A stretch of 64,000 nt of DNA from Eledone cirrhosa (Eukaryota): the NCBI GenBank assembly GCA_964016885.1, contig OZ024741.1, positions 140,430,001 to 140,494,000 of the forward strand, in the 5' to 3' direction. The notes beneath the pieces are model-generated. The model saw nothing but the letters and a program-made list of their open reading frames with translations. It was not told the origin of the DNA and did no database searches. Below, in pieces: positions 11,371-24,900 of the stretch. Position 1 is the stretch's first letter. Every line of letters starts with the position of its first letter. A program made the translations under genes and the position numbers.

Positions 11371-14019
11371 ATGACCTCACTCAGAATAGGCAGCATAAAT
11401 GCGCGTGGCTTGGGGTCGTCACGAAAGCAGAGCCACCTGCTTAACGAGCTAAGGTTACTAAACATAGATGTAGTGGCCATCGGCGAGACCAGAATCTCCG
11501 AAGCACGGGCTTTCGCACCGATCTTCGGCGGCTACGATGTGTACGCATCTCCCAGCCGTCCGGGATCGGGGGGAGGAGTTGCTGTGCTTTTTCGGAGAGG
11601 TTTGGATCTTTCTATACGGGCCATCTTCCTGGACCCAGAAGGTAAGTTGGTGGTGCTGGACGTGACCAGCGGAGACGGGCAAGCTTTCAGGTTAGTGGCC
11701 GTCTATGCCCCGACAGGAGCAGGGTGGCCTGATTTCTTCCGGCGTCTAGAGACCTTTCTTGGAACGTCCCGCTCTTTAGTGTTAGTGGGCGACTGGAACG
11801 GGATCTTAGATGCACGCTGGGATTGTGTGGGATTAGTGGATAGGGAAGGAGTGTGCAAGAGTCTCACCAACCTGCTCAAGCGTTTTGAACTGTCTGACAG
11901 GTACCCATTGGATTTCCCGAATGTACCAATGTGGACTTGGACAAATCGCATAGGGTCATCCAGATCATATCTAGATAGAGTATTTTGTAGGGAAATAGAT
12001 AGGTCTAGCATAGGCTGTCCGCAATTCAAGATAGTCAGCTACACGGACCACAAATTAGTGATCTGTGTGCTTGACTTAGGCTTCATAGACGAGGACCCGG
12101 CTACTGGAAGCTAAACGCATCCTTACCAGCGCGCAAGGCCTACAGAGACCGGATTAGCGAACTAGTTACGCGGGCGTTGACGGGGGCCATCGTCAACAAC
12201 AAGTAGTGGTCCATTAGGTTTAGTAGGGCTTTAGCAATAGAGAAAAATAGATCAGACGGAGAATTAGTTAGAAAATTAGACGAGGCGCTTTGCAAAGGCA
12301 TCGCGACAAACGAACTTGCGGCGAAATTGGCCCTTGACCAATTCTTCAATGCAAAGCACGAAGGCTGCGTTGTCAGAGTTAGGGTGCGCGCTCTCAGACA
12401 CGAGGGGACATAAGCCGTTCAATGCGCCCGATTGGCGGAGTCGCGTCGTGGCAACAAAGCCACGATCCGGTCTTTGGTGGACCACGACGGGCGCATGCTA
12501 CTCGATCCCGGGCAAATGTGTGAAGCTTTTCAGCGACACTTCGCTCAACTGTTCGGGGGCAGTGGCGGTCCGGATCGAGGGATGGACTTTAGTGTCTACC
12601 TCGACGGACTGCCGCGGCTCTCGGCCACTGAGGCGGAGTGTTGCGAAAAGCCGATAACAGCCGCTGAAGTACGGGAGGCAATGACTAGTTGCACAAGGGG
12701 TAAATCGCCTACACTAAGAGAATCCGAAGCGGTGACAGGAGCAATTATCAACCAGGAAAAGTCAGCGGGCCTGCAGCTCGGCACCTGGAGAGGCAGGGCC
12801 ATGCCGTCCAACAGCGTTGTCGGGCGCTGGACGGACGGACCGGTTAAATTGCTAGGGGTCTGGTTCGGTCCAGACCTCCAGACGGACAAAAACTGGGACG
12901 AGGTGACGAGCAGGGTGGCTTCTCTCACCCAGAAATGGGCCGAGAGGGAACTGTCCCTGAAAGGTCGAGCGAAGATGGCCAACGCGTACAACGCGTCCGT
13001 CATCTACTACCGTCTGACCGTCGTACCTTGTTCTAAGCCCCGCCTGACTGCGCTGGAGCGTTTGCTCTTTCGCTTTTTGTGGAATGGGACGCGCTCCAAT
13101 GGTCAGGGGCTCCATCTGCTGTCAACACCCGCTACGTGGAGGGCTGGACATGCCTTGGCTGATAATGCGCAGACACGAGCTCAGGCTACGACATCTCCAC
13201 CTCTTCCTCGACGGTGATCAGGTGTGGTCGCCGTTTGCTAGACACGTTTTTCCCCAGCTCGTCTCCTTGACGGAGCTGCAGTCCTGGGTCAAGCGAAGAC
13301 CGAGAGGGAGCGCTTGGAGACTGGAATGTCTTCAGGCGCTCACAGCCCTCGACCAATCGGGCAATGTGATCGGTGGAAACTCCACCTTGGCGTTCTATAG
13401 GGGATTAGTGGAGGGGAAGAGCGACGACGTACTTGGAGAAACTCTAGGCGTCGACGAAAATCAACTAGCCAATCTCTTCGGAAGGACTTTCGGGCCGGGG
13501 CCTATGGACAACTTCCAGAAATCCCTGGCCTGGCAGTGCTACCGGGGTGCTGTGCCTGTTCGGGATAAACTTTACAGGCATGGAGGTGCCGTCAGCCGGG
13601 CATGTCCGAGATGCGCACAGGGCGACGAAACCGTCCGGCACGCACTCGTCCAGTGTCCGAGCATTGCTGACTTGTGGGTTTATGTCGAACACCTGCTGTC
13701 ACGTGTAGGACGGATCCAGCTATCAGCTGAGTCCATCGTGAGGATTGCCCCGCCCTCTTCCTTTAGCCGGGAAGGGCAGGCAGTTTTTATCTGTCTGGTG
13801 GCCATGGCGAAAGAGATAGTATGGTGGACACGTTTGAAAGGGCTGAAGACGAGCACTTACCTCTTCGGTGATGCCCTGATTAACTTTTTCAAATTTCATC
13901 TGAAAAGGAAAATCAGGGTAGAGAGGGAAGTGCTCTCTTCCCAGCATTTTGTTGAAAGATGGGTGAGAGAAGCAAGTATGGCCCGAATGAATGGGCCTTC
14001 TCTGAGTATGTGTCTGTAA
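11371..14019 (+). pseudogene. Tx1-like ORF2 (APE endonuclease, RT with ~735-bp deletion, C-terminal Cys motif)
   Basis: SINARGL, ETR, GGVAVL, VYAP, GDWN, YLDRVF, TDH, GYWKLN; GKSP fused directly to TLRE at ~12710; CPRC..ETVRHALVQC. Confidence 0.88.
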
Positions 14020-14262
14020 ATTAAAGGTGGAAAACTGGGAGAGGGCACTTGCCCTGGTGGTCAGGGCCACTGTGGTCGTTTAATGGGCTTTCTCCACAAA
14101 TGTCCCTCGGAAGTCTCCCCCCTATTGGGGAATTTTTCTTTGTTATTTTATTTCATCCTCTGTTTTTTTTACACGCAGAAATGCCCATTAGTTACGTCCT
14201 GTATTGTCCTGTACTGTCCTTAATGTCTACTTTATGTAAACCCTTGTGGTTAATAAAGAAAA

Positions 14263-14314
<52 letters not shown>

Positions 14315-14546
14315 TTTATTATCATTATTGTTGGTGAAGCCACGCTTCTTATCCACCTCCAGTTTTTTTCAACATTTTACCTCGTTTTCAACCGTTCTTA
14401 ACCTTTTATTCAAGTTTTAAATGTGATAAAAGTTTAGAAGAAGTGACCCACCTAATACAGTGGTTCACTAGTAAATAATACGGCATCCCTTTACGGGGTG
14501 TCATATTCGTATTTGTGTAAAAATACTTTTTTTGAAAAATTTCTAC

Positions 14547-16626
14547 ATGGATAACACAAGAAAGAGAGAGAGTGCTGTCAGAGAACAGAGAGAGAGGGAG
14601 ACTTTATCAGCATGTGAACAAGACAGCGTTCCAGCGGAGTTAAATATAAACGAAAATATTACAAAGGAAAAAAAGATTGTTACAGATTTAAAATTAACAA
14701 ATATTTCTAACACAAACAACACCAATAATAACACCAACAACAACACCAACAACAACACGATCAGTAACAACAGCAACAACAAAAATAACATCGGTAAAGT
14801 AGAGAACGACAATAACAAAAATAACAGCGGTAAGGTCGAGAACGACAATAACAAAAATAACAGTGGTAAGGTCGAGAACGACAATAACAATGACAATAAC
14901 AACAGCCACAACAACAATAATAGTAGGCACAGTATCAACAAAAACAACAATAATAACAACAACCACAATAACAGTTACAACAGCAACAGTATCAACGAAA
15001 ACAACAACAACACCAACAACTGTACCAACGAAAACAACAACAATGACACCGATACCTGTAATAGCGATCTCAGCACCACCAGTAAGACCAGTAGCGGCAG
15101 CAATAGTGGTGCTGCTGAAAAAGGGACCGCTTCTTTTGCAGTTGTTGCCCGAAATATCGAGACAGTGTTAGTCACAGAGAAGGAGATGGAAGTCGCAAGG
15201 GGCATGGTGACAAGAAGCGCCAATAGAGTTTCCCTGAAACCTCCACCCGATTTTTTCAAGGACCAGCAGCTACGGACGGTGACTTACCACACCGTAAGCA
15301 AAATCTCACATCGAGTGGAGAGAGCCACGGAGGCTCAAATCCAAAAGGCCTTGGTGTGCGTCTGGGCACGCAAAACCCACATCACACGAGGCAGAAAGTA
15401 CGCCAGAGTAGACGTACTTTTCGCCACCCCCAAGGAAGCAAAGTCTCACTCTTTGGAAAACCTAAAGAGTGAGGAGATAGTCTTGGTGCCCTCCCACTAC
15501 GGGCAGAAAAATTGTGAGGGTCAAAGTGACCCAGGTCTCACCCGACGTGCCCATACCTTGGTAGGCTGCGTCTGTCCTTGCTGGAATCGAGAACAGGACG
15601 ACCATGCTGAAAGTAGAAAAAATAGGGAGAACTGGTCAGGTATAGGCATGTAAATGCTTATACAAACTGACCAGGAATGTATCGACGCTATCCCCAATAT
15701 CATAGACATCGAGGAAGGACTCCGACTCCCTATAGGTGTAGAAGGAAGACGGCTAAAATGTTATCTCTGTGGGTCGAAGGGTCACCTCAGGGCCTTTTGC
15801 CTGCAGAAGACAGCGAAGAAGGCCCGTCTCCTTCCAATACCTGGTCCGCTGCTACCAAGAGCAGAGCAGGCAACAAACGAAGAAGCCCCTTCCACGGTGA
15901 GTAGGAGGGCAACGTTTGTAGCACCCGTACCAAGGCCACGGACAACTAAAGCAGCATCATCAGTAGCGGCAACACCAATAGCTACATTTGAAGTAGCTAC
16001 AGCAGCAACAAAATTGCCGAAGATGTTCTCCAGTACCACCAGCAACAGCCGTGGTGCACATACCCCTCCCAGACGCCGCAGAATCCAACATGGAGTTTGA
16101 GGCGGGAGTGAAGTGGCAAACGGTCAGCCACAAAAAACAAAAAACAAAAAAACCTTAGATTCACCCTCCAAAATCGAAGGCATACAAAGAGGGGTAGACG
16201 CAGCAAGGAAACTTGCAGCAACACCACTACCATCACCACCACAAACACCAACAACGCAAACACAAGACCCACACACCAAACAGCAACAAGAAGAAAACAG
16301 CAACAAAATCACCCCTCAACCCAAAAAGTACACAGCCATAAACATGGCAAAAAAAGAACTCATACAATATATAAAGCAGCACACTGACATCACAGAAAAA
16401 AAACTACTAAACCCCACCAACACCAAGACCTCTCCCGACAAACATAAGCATCATCGAAATCTCAATAGAACAGTACAAACCTTTAAAACAAAAATTCGCC
16501 AACGCAGTTTCAGACTTCAGAGGGTCGGTTACCAAGAGGATATACACTGACATCCTCTTGGAAACACCCATGACCAGCGAAAGGGACGGTTCTACTGTCC
16601 CTTCACCACATGAACAAGGTAAGTGA
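14547..16626 (+). pseudogene. Tx1-like ORF1 family b with Asn-rich N-terminus and CCHC knuckle
   Basis: ASFAVVA, VWARKTHITRG, VEGRRLKCYLCGSKGHLRAFC; three NKNNxGKVENDN repeats at ~14779-14890; frameshifts and stops. Confidence 0.8.
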
Positions 16627-16657
16627 CCTTTCTCACTTGCCCCGTTACTCATCCAAC

Positions 16658-19600
16658 ATGGCTGTACTCAGAGTAGGCAGTATAAATGCACGTGGCCTGG
16701 GGTCATCTTGGAAGCAGGGTCACCTGCTCAATGACCTCAGGTCACTAAACATAGATGTGGTGGCCATCAGTGAAATCAGAATCTCCGAAGCACAAGCCTT
16801 CGCACCGATCTTCGGCGGCTACGATGTATACGCATCTCCCAGCAGTCCAGGATCGGGGGGAGGTGTTGCCGTCCTTTTTCGGAGAGGCTTGGATTTCGCG
16901 ATACGGGCCATCTTCCTAGACCCAGAGGGTAGTCGGTGGTGCTAGACGTGACCGGCAGCGATGGCAATGCTTTCAGGCTAGTAGCCGTCTACGCCCCAAC
17001 AGGTGCAGGATAGCCAGATTTCTTCAGACGTCTAGAGACCTTTCTTGGAACGTCCCGCTCTTTAATGTTAGTGGGCGACTGGAACGGTATCTTGGACTCA
17101 CGCTGGGATCTGGTGGGGCTAGTGGATAGGGGAGGAGGGTGCAAGAGCCTCACCAACCTCCTCAGACGTTTTGAACTGTCTGACAGGTATCGACTGGATA
17201 ACCTGAATGTGCCAATGTGGACATGGACAAACCGCGTCGGGTCATCCAGATCGTATATCGATAGGGTATTCTGCAGAGAACTAGATAAGGCTAGTATAAG
17301 TTGTCCCCAATTTAAAATAGTAGACTACACAGACCACACATTTGTGATCTGTGAGATCGACATAGACAGACTTCATAGACAAGGGCCTGGTTACTGGAAG
17401 CTGAACGCCACTTTCCCGGCGCGCAATGCCTACAGAGACCGGATTAGCGTATTAGTTAAGCGGGCGTTGACGAGATTGGTCGGCAACAACAAGTGGTGGT
17501 TCGCCCTGAAAAGGGAAATTAAAGTAGAGTCGATTAGGTTTAGCAAAGGAGTAGTGATAGAGGAAAATAGAGTAGAGGGAGTGCTAGTCAGAAAGCTAGA
17601 AGAGGTGTTTAGGACACGCATCACAACCGACGTGCTTGCGGCGAGATTGGCACTCGACCAATTCTTCAACGCAAAACACGAAGGCTGCGTTGTCAGAACT
17701 AGAGCGCATGCTCGGAAACACGAGGGGACAAAAGCCGTCCAATGGGCCCGCGTGGCAGAGGCGAGACGTGGCAACAAAGCCACAATTCGGTCTTTGTCTG
17801 ACCAAAACAGGTGCGTGATGCTCGAACCCGAGCGGATGTGTGAAGCTTTTCAGCAGCACTTTGCTGAACTGTTCGGGAGCGGCGGCGGCCCGGATCGGGG
17901 CATGGACTTCAGTGTATACCTCGACAGACTGCCTCGGCACTCGACGACCGCAGCACAGTGTTGCGAAAAGCCAATAACAGCCGGTGAAATACGGGAAGCG
18001 ATGGCTAACTGAACAAGGGGTAAATCGCCAGGTTTAGATGGTCTGCCTTACGAGCTTTATGCATTTATGCCAGACTTGTTCGGGGACTCTTGGCAGACGT
18101 CTACTGAAACTGGCAGCAGAATGGGAGCATTCCCAGTTTTGTGAGCCGGAGAGCAGTGGCGCTGCTGAGAAAAGACCCGAACAAGGTGGATGTTATCGAT
18201 CATTTCAGGCCCATAACTGTGCTAAACCCAGAGTTCAAAATTTTGGCCAAGATGTTAGCAACGAGGTTGGCGCTTATCGTCAAGGGTCTGGTGGGAGAGG
18301 CGCAGACATGCGCCATTCCGGACATATCCATACACGAAAACCTCCACCTCATGCGATACATAATAGAGGGGGTGGTTCAGGGACCTGGCAAGGGTGGGGC
18401 CCTGATCAACTTGGATCAATCCATAGCATTGGATAGGGCCGACCTTCGGTACCTGGCGGCGGTCCTCGAGGCAGCCGGTTTCGCGCCCGTTTTCAGGGAT
18501 TGGAATGCAGCAATGTACAGCGACATCTGCTCAGTTGTGACGGTGAATGGTCACCTGTCGCAGCCATTCAGGATCATGCGATCAGTCCGCCAGGGTTGTC
18601 CCCTCCCATCCCTCTTGTACGTATTGGCTCTCGAGCCGTTACTGCACAAACTGGGGGCGATGAGGGACGTCCCACGCGAACTAGGGTGCGGGAAATCCGA
18701 GTCCGCTTATGCTGACGACATCACCGTGGTGGTGTCGAGCACCAGACACGTCCAGATGCTCGGCACCGCTCTCAAGGAATACGTAGCGGTGACAGGAGCA
18801 AAGATAAACCAGGAAAAGTCGGTGGGCTTGCAGCTCGGCACCTGGAGAGGCAAGTCCATGCCGTCCGACAGCGTTGTGGGGAGTTGGACGGACGGACCGG
18901 TTAAATTGCTCGGGGTCTATTTCGGACCGGACCTCCAGATGGAGAAAAACTGGAACGAGGTGACGAGCAGGTTGGCCTCCCTCACCCAGAAATCGGCTGA
19001 GAGGAAGCTGTCCCTGAAAGGGCGAGCGGAGGTGGCGAATGCGTACATCGCATCCGTCATCTGCTACCGCCTCACCATCGTCCCTTGCTCCAACTCTCAC
19101 CAAAATGTAGCGCCTCCTCTTCCGCTTTTTGTGGAAGGGACGCGCTACAATGGTCAGACGATCCATCTGCTGTTCACACCCGTTGCGTGGAGGACTGGGC
19201 ATGCCATGGCTGATGATGCGCAAACATGCGCTGAGGCTGCGACATCACTGGTGCTTCCTTGATGGTGAACGGGTGTGGTCGCCGTTCGCCAGGCACGTCT
19301 TTCCACAGCTCGTCTCCTTGACGGAGCTGCAGTCCTGGGTCAGAAAAAGACCGAGGGATAGCGCTTGGAAACTGGAATGTCTCCAGGCGCTCACTGTCCT
19401 CTCCCAGCTGGGCACCGAGGTGGAACATCTACCTCGGCGTTCTATAGAGGACTAGTTGTAGGGAAGATTGACGACATTCTCGGAGAGATCCTGGGCGTCG
19501 AAGAAGATCAACTGTTTGATCTCTTCCGGAGAACTTTCAGCCCGGGGTCTATAGATAACTTCCAAGATCCCTGGCCTGGCAGTGCTACCGGGGTGCGCTG

Positions 19601-20175
19601 CCGGGTAGCGCTGCCGGTTCGAGATAAGCTCTACAGGCACGGAAGTGCCGTCAGCCGAGCCAGTCCGAGATGCGCGCAGAGCGGCGAAACCGTTGTGCAC
19701 GCATTCGTTCAGTGCCCGAGCATTGCTGACTTGTGGAGCTATGTCGAACAGTTGCTGTCGAGTGTGGGACTGATCCGGTTGTCGACTGAGTCCATTGTGC
19801 AGATAGTCTCGCCGTCTTCCTTCGAGGAGGAAGCGCAGGAGGTTTTCATCTGCCTGGTGGCATTGGCGAAAGAGATGTGCGGTGGACAACGTTAAAAGGG
19901 TTAAAGACATACGCTTTCCTCTTCGGCAAATCCTTAATTAACTTTTTCAAGTTTCACTTGAAGAGGAAAATCAGTTGTGGAGGGGCAAGTGCTGCTTTCT
20001 AGCAAGTTTGTTGAAAGGTGGGTGAATGTAGCGAGAATGGTCCGAGAATGTTCCAGTTTCTTGTCCGTCTGTATCCTAAAATCCCACAACACCTTCAGCT
20101 GATCGTTTTCTATCACCGACTCTGGCTTATAGTGAGTCTGGGCTAGGTGTTTACACTCTGAATATACGTCTGTAG
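16658..20175 (+). pseudogene. Tx1-like ORF2 family b (APE-RT)
   Basis: SINARGL, GDWN, GKSPGLDG, FRPITVLN, LDQSIALDR, VRQGCPL, AYADDIT, INQEKS, LLGVYF; multiple frameshifts. Confidence 0.9.
20049..20158 (-). mobile_element. ~110-bp Dong family 1 fragment embedded in the end of Tx1-b ORF2
   Basis: Encodes IENDQLKVLWDFRIQTDKKLEH; matches ~20901-21011 and the corresponding part of copy G (from ~22392). Confidence 0.85.
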
Positions 20176-20497
20176 TTTGAAAGATGGAAAAATTGAGAGA
20201 GGGCGCTTGCCCTGGTGGCCAGGGTGGCCGTTGTCTTTTGTGTGGTTTTCGCCACGAGTAACCCTCGGAGGTTTCCCCCCTATTGGGGAATTTTTTATTG
20301 TTTCAACTTTCAGTTTTATTGTTTGTATATATTTATGTTTCTATGTCCTTTTTTTTTCTTTTCTTATCTAAATAATAAAAATATTTACACGCACAAAACC
20401 CACATCGTACCGTCCTGTGCCGTCTGTAATGTTTTTCTTGATGTCAGGCCTTGTGGCCAATAAAGAAATCATTATTATTATTATTATTATTATTATT

Positions 20498-21964
20498 GTT
20501 CTTTGAGTCTTAGTCATTGATGTTAGTTAACTGGAAAGTTTGTTGAAATGAATATCAAGCCACTACCTGCAGCCTCAGATATTCAGGTGTATCGGAGGGT
20601 TCTTCCTATTCCCAGCAAGTATGCCTTTTGAAGCGTTCCAAAAAGCGTTCCAAAAAGCGTGAAGGGGCCAATTTTCTTTAACAATCCCTGGAAACTTTTT
20701 GAGATAGTGTGCCTATGACAATCGGGACCACTTTGACTTCATGGCAGTTCCAAATCCTTTTTACCTCCCACTTTAAGTCCTGGTATCGGTTAATTTTCTC
20801 CCTCTCCTTCTCTTGCACTCTTGTGTCGAATGGGCAGGCTACATCCACAATCAGGCACGATCTTTTTTCTTTGTCCAAAACCACCAGGTCAGGTCTATTG
20901 TGTTCCTCTTTCTTGTCCGTCTGTATCCTAAAACCCCACAGCACCTTAAACCTGATCGTTTTCTATCACCGACTCTGGCTTATAGTGAGTCTGGGCTAAG
21001 AGTTTACACTCGGATACAATGTGAGCGACAGTCTCCTCTCTCTCTTCACAGATCCTGCACAGTGGGCTAGCCTCCTCCTTGTAATTATGGTGTTTCAACC
21101 ACTTCGTTTTGAGGGCCTCCTCTTGCGCAGCCATTAACATTCGTTCTGTAGCCTTTTTAAGGTCTCCTCTTTTCAACCAGTTGCATGTCTGTGGATCTCT
21201 GAATTCAGTTTTCTCAAAGAAGGTACTATGAAGGGATTTTTCCTGAAGGCTGCTCTTTCTCCTTGTTGTTATTTCCTCCCTGGACATCCCCTGGTTTATT
21301 GTCCTCTCCTTCAGTACAATTCTGAGCATTGGCTCCTTACTATCAGTCACGTATTTGTGTAGGTTGTTTTTCTCCATCTGAACACAGTCCTCTATGCTGA
21401 TAAGACCTCTTTCACCTTCAGATCTCCTTAAGTAGAGTCTATCGACATCACTCCTCTTGTGGAACATGGTGTAGATAGTCAATAATTTCCTAGTCTTCCT
21501 ATCCATTTCTTTTTGTTCAGCAACATTCCATTACAGAATTCCCGCACTGTACCTAATAATAGACACAGCTCGGGAATTTACTGCACTTATGGCATTCCTA
21601 CTGTTCAGATGTGACTTTAATACGCTCCTTACTCTCCGAAAGTATTCAGTTCTTACCAATTCCTTCAGTTTTTTGTTCTTGATGTCATCAGCCTCCAGAA
21701 CACCCAAATACTTGTATCCTTCTTCAGTGTCAATTTCCTTTATCATCTCACCTGTTGGCACTTGGATTCCGTTGCTTCTGCTCAATTTACCCCTCTTCAT
21801 CACAAGGACTCCACACTTACTAATACCAAATTGCATACATATATCATTGCTGAAAATACGGACAGTATCAACAAGCACATCCAACTCCTTCTCGCTCTTC
21901 TCGAAGAGCTTAAGACGTCCATGAAGAGGAGGTGATTGATGGTAAGCTCTCCCTTTCCCAACTT

Positions 21965-21967
<3 letters not shown>
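20498..21967 (-). mobile_element. R4/Dong-like family 1, copy F, 5'-truncated, internal ~100-bp deletion
   Basis: RT C-terminal half (YKYLGV, RLYLRRSEGERGL), CRIC, NRPDLVV; (TTA)n on both sides. Confidence 0.9.
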
Positions 21968-21995
<28 letters not shown>

Positions 21996-21997
<2 letters not shown>

Positions 21998-24900
21998 TTT
22001 GAGTCTCAGTAATTGATGTTAGTTAACTGGAAAGTTTGTTGAAATGAATATCAAGCCACTACCTGCAGCCTCAGATATTCAGGACGTATCGGAGGGTTCT
22101 TGCTGTTCCCAGCAAGCATGCCTTTTGAAGCGTTCCAAAAAGCGTGAAGGGGCCAATTTTCTTTAACCATCCCTGGAAACTTTTTGAGATAGTACCCAGT
22201 GCGCCTATGACAATCGGGACCACTTTGACTTCATGGCAGTTCCAAATCCTTTTTACCTCCCACTTTAAGTCCTGGTATCGGTTAATTTTCTCCCTCTCCT
22301 TCTCTTGCACTCTCGTGTCGAATGGGCAGGCCACATCCACAATCAGGCACGATCTGTTTTCTTTGTCCACAACCACCAGGTCAGGTCTATTGTGTTCCAG
22401 TTTCTTGGCCGTCTGTATCCTAAAATCCCACAGCACCTTAAACCTGATCGTTTTCTATCACCGACTCTGGCTTATGCTCATACCACTTCTCAAAATGTGG
22501 TAAATTGTTTACTTTGCATAGGTGCCAGTGGATCACCCTGCCTATTACATCTTGTCTCTAGCACTTATAGTGAGTTTGGGCAATGTGTTTACACTCGGAT
22601 ACAATGTGAGCCACAGTCTCCTCTCTCTCTCCACAGATCCTGCACAATGGGCTAGCCTCCTTCTTGTAAATATGGTGTTTCAAAAACTTCGTTTTGAGGG
22701 CCTGCTCTTGCGCAGCTATTAACATTCCTTCTGTAGCCTTTTTAAGGTCTCCTCTTTTCAACCAGTTCCATGTCTGTGGATCTCTGAATTCAGTTTTCTC
22801 AAAGAAGGTACTATGAAGGAATTTTTCCTGAAGGCTGCTCTTTCTCTTTGGTGTTATTTCCTCCTTGGACAGCCCCTGGTCTATTGTCCGCTCCTTCATT
22901 ACAGTTCTGAGCATTGGCTCCTTACTATCAGTCACGTATTTGTGAGGTTGTTTTTCTACATCTGAACACAGTCCTCTATGCTGATAAGACCTCTTTCACC
23001 TTCAGATCTCCTTAAGTAGAGTCTATCGACATCACTCCTCTTGTGGAACATGGTGTAGATAGTCAATAATTTCCTAGTCTTCCTATCCATTTCTTTTTGT
23101 TCAGCAACATTCCATCTCAGAATTCCCGCACTGTACATAATAATAGACACAGCTCGGGAATTTACTGCACTTATGGCTTTCCTACTGTTTAGATGTGACT
23201 TTAATACGCTCCTTACTCTCCGAATGCATTCAGTTCTTATCAATTCCTTCATTTTTTTGTTCTTGATGTCATCAGCCTCCAGAACACCCAAATACTTGTA
23301 TCCTTCTTCAGTATCAATTTCCTTATCATCTCACCTGTTGGTACCTGGATTCCCTTACTTCCCCTCTTCATCACAAGGACTCCATACTTACTAATATCAA
23401 ATTGCATACATATATCATTGCTGAAAATACGGACAGCGTCAACAAGCACATCCAACTCCTTCTCACTCTTCCCGAAGAGCTTAAGATCGTCCATGAAGAG
23501 GAGGTGATTAATGGTAAGCCCTCCCTTTCCCAACCTGTATCCTGCTCTTACTTTTCGCAGTATACTGGTCAGGGGCATCAGGGCAAGGACAAACAACAGA
23601 GGGGACAGACTATCTCCCTGGAAGATACCTCTCTTGATCTTCACGCTTCCCAAGGATTCTCCAGTTGATGTTAACTCTGTTTCCCAGGACTTCATACTTT
23701 TGCTCAACAACTGTCTGATGTTATCTGCCAACCTGTAGATCTCCAGGCTTTTGGTGATCCAAGAATGAGGCACCATGTCAAATGCCTTTTTGTAGTCTAT
23801 CCATACCATGGCAAGACCAGTGTGTCTCCTCTTGCAATTCCTCATTACCATCTTATCAATAAGTAACTGGTCCTTTGTACCACGTGACTTCTTTCGGCAT
23901 CCTTTCTGTTCGTCCGGTAAAAAGTTGTTTGTGTGGAGGTGATGGTAGATTTCCTCAGACATAATGCTTGTCAACAGTTTCCACATTACGGAGTGACATG
24001 TGATAGGTCTATACTATAGTTGGTAACATCATTACCCTTGATTCGGTCTTTCATTATCAGGACTGTGGTACAATTTGTCAACCACTCTGGTAACTCATCT
24101 GACATCAAGCAGTCATTGAACATGGTTGTCAGTTTCGGGGGGAAGGATGTTATATTTTTAATCCAATACCCGTGCACACCATCTGGGCCTGGTGATCTCC
24201 AGTTGGTTGGTTTTTTGGCCTGCCCCTTAAGAGTTTCAACTGTGATACTCAAATCAGTTTGTTGGTGTGCCTGTTCACTAATCTTCTTCTGTACTGTCTC
24301 AATCCACACTGCCTGGTCATTATGTCTAACAATCTGCTCCCATATTCCTCTCCAGAATGTTTTAGTTTGTTCCGCCTCAAGGATCAAGTCGTTGTCTCTT
24401 TCTTTCCCTTCAAGGTGTCCAAACAGTATCTTCTGGTTGTTGTCAAACATACGGTTCTGTCTATACTGACTAACTCTGTTCTCGTATCGCCTGCTTTTTG
24501 CACTCTTTGCTACAATGCGTTGCTTCAGTTCCTCTATGATAATATTTAGCTTTTTCCTCCTAGTTTTGTACTTTATTTCCAGTCTATTTTTAGTGTCTAT
24601 TTTTTTTAGTGTCCCATTCAGTAGGGACTCAAGCTCTCCAATGTCATTTCTCATTTCCCTGATTTGACCACTCAGTCGTTTCTTCCACCAAGGCTCTGAC
24701 CTTTCTTGTCTGTTGTTTCCTCTCGCTTTTATACCAAGTAATTTCCTCACCGTATTTGCTGTTGCTTTGAGGATATTGTTGCACTGGTGAAGGCCCCTCG
24801 CCTCAAGGTATGGTGTGACTTTGTTTACCTTAGCTGTTGTTTCTTTTAACTTTTTCCTGTCTACAAATCTTAGGTTCATAGGTTCCCACTATCATTGTTC

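Larger units (their letters stand above)
9142..14264 (+). mobile_element. Tx1/L1-clade non-LTR retrotransposon family a, copy D (both ends present, RT core deleted)
   Basis: Starts GGCGACC directly after (TTA)n and ends AATAAAGAAAAC before (ATT)n; highly similar and colinear with 26998-32876; ORF1 and ORF2 present. Confidence 0.9.
14333..20471 (+). mobile_element. Tx1/L1-clade family b, copy E, full length and decayed
   Basis: Starts GGTGAAG after (TTA)n and ends AATAAAGAAATC before (ATT)n; ORF1 and 5' UTR diverged from family a, ORF2 clearly homologous. Confidence 0.9.
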
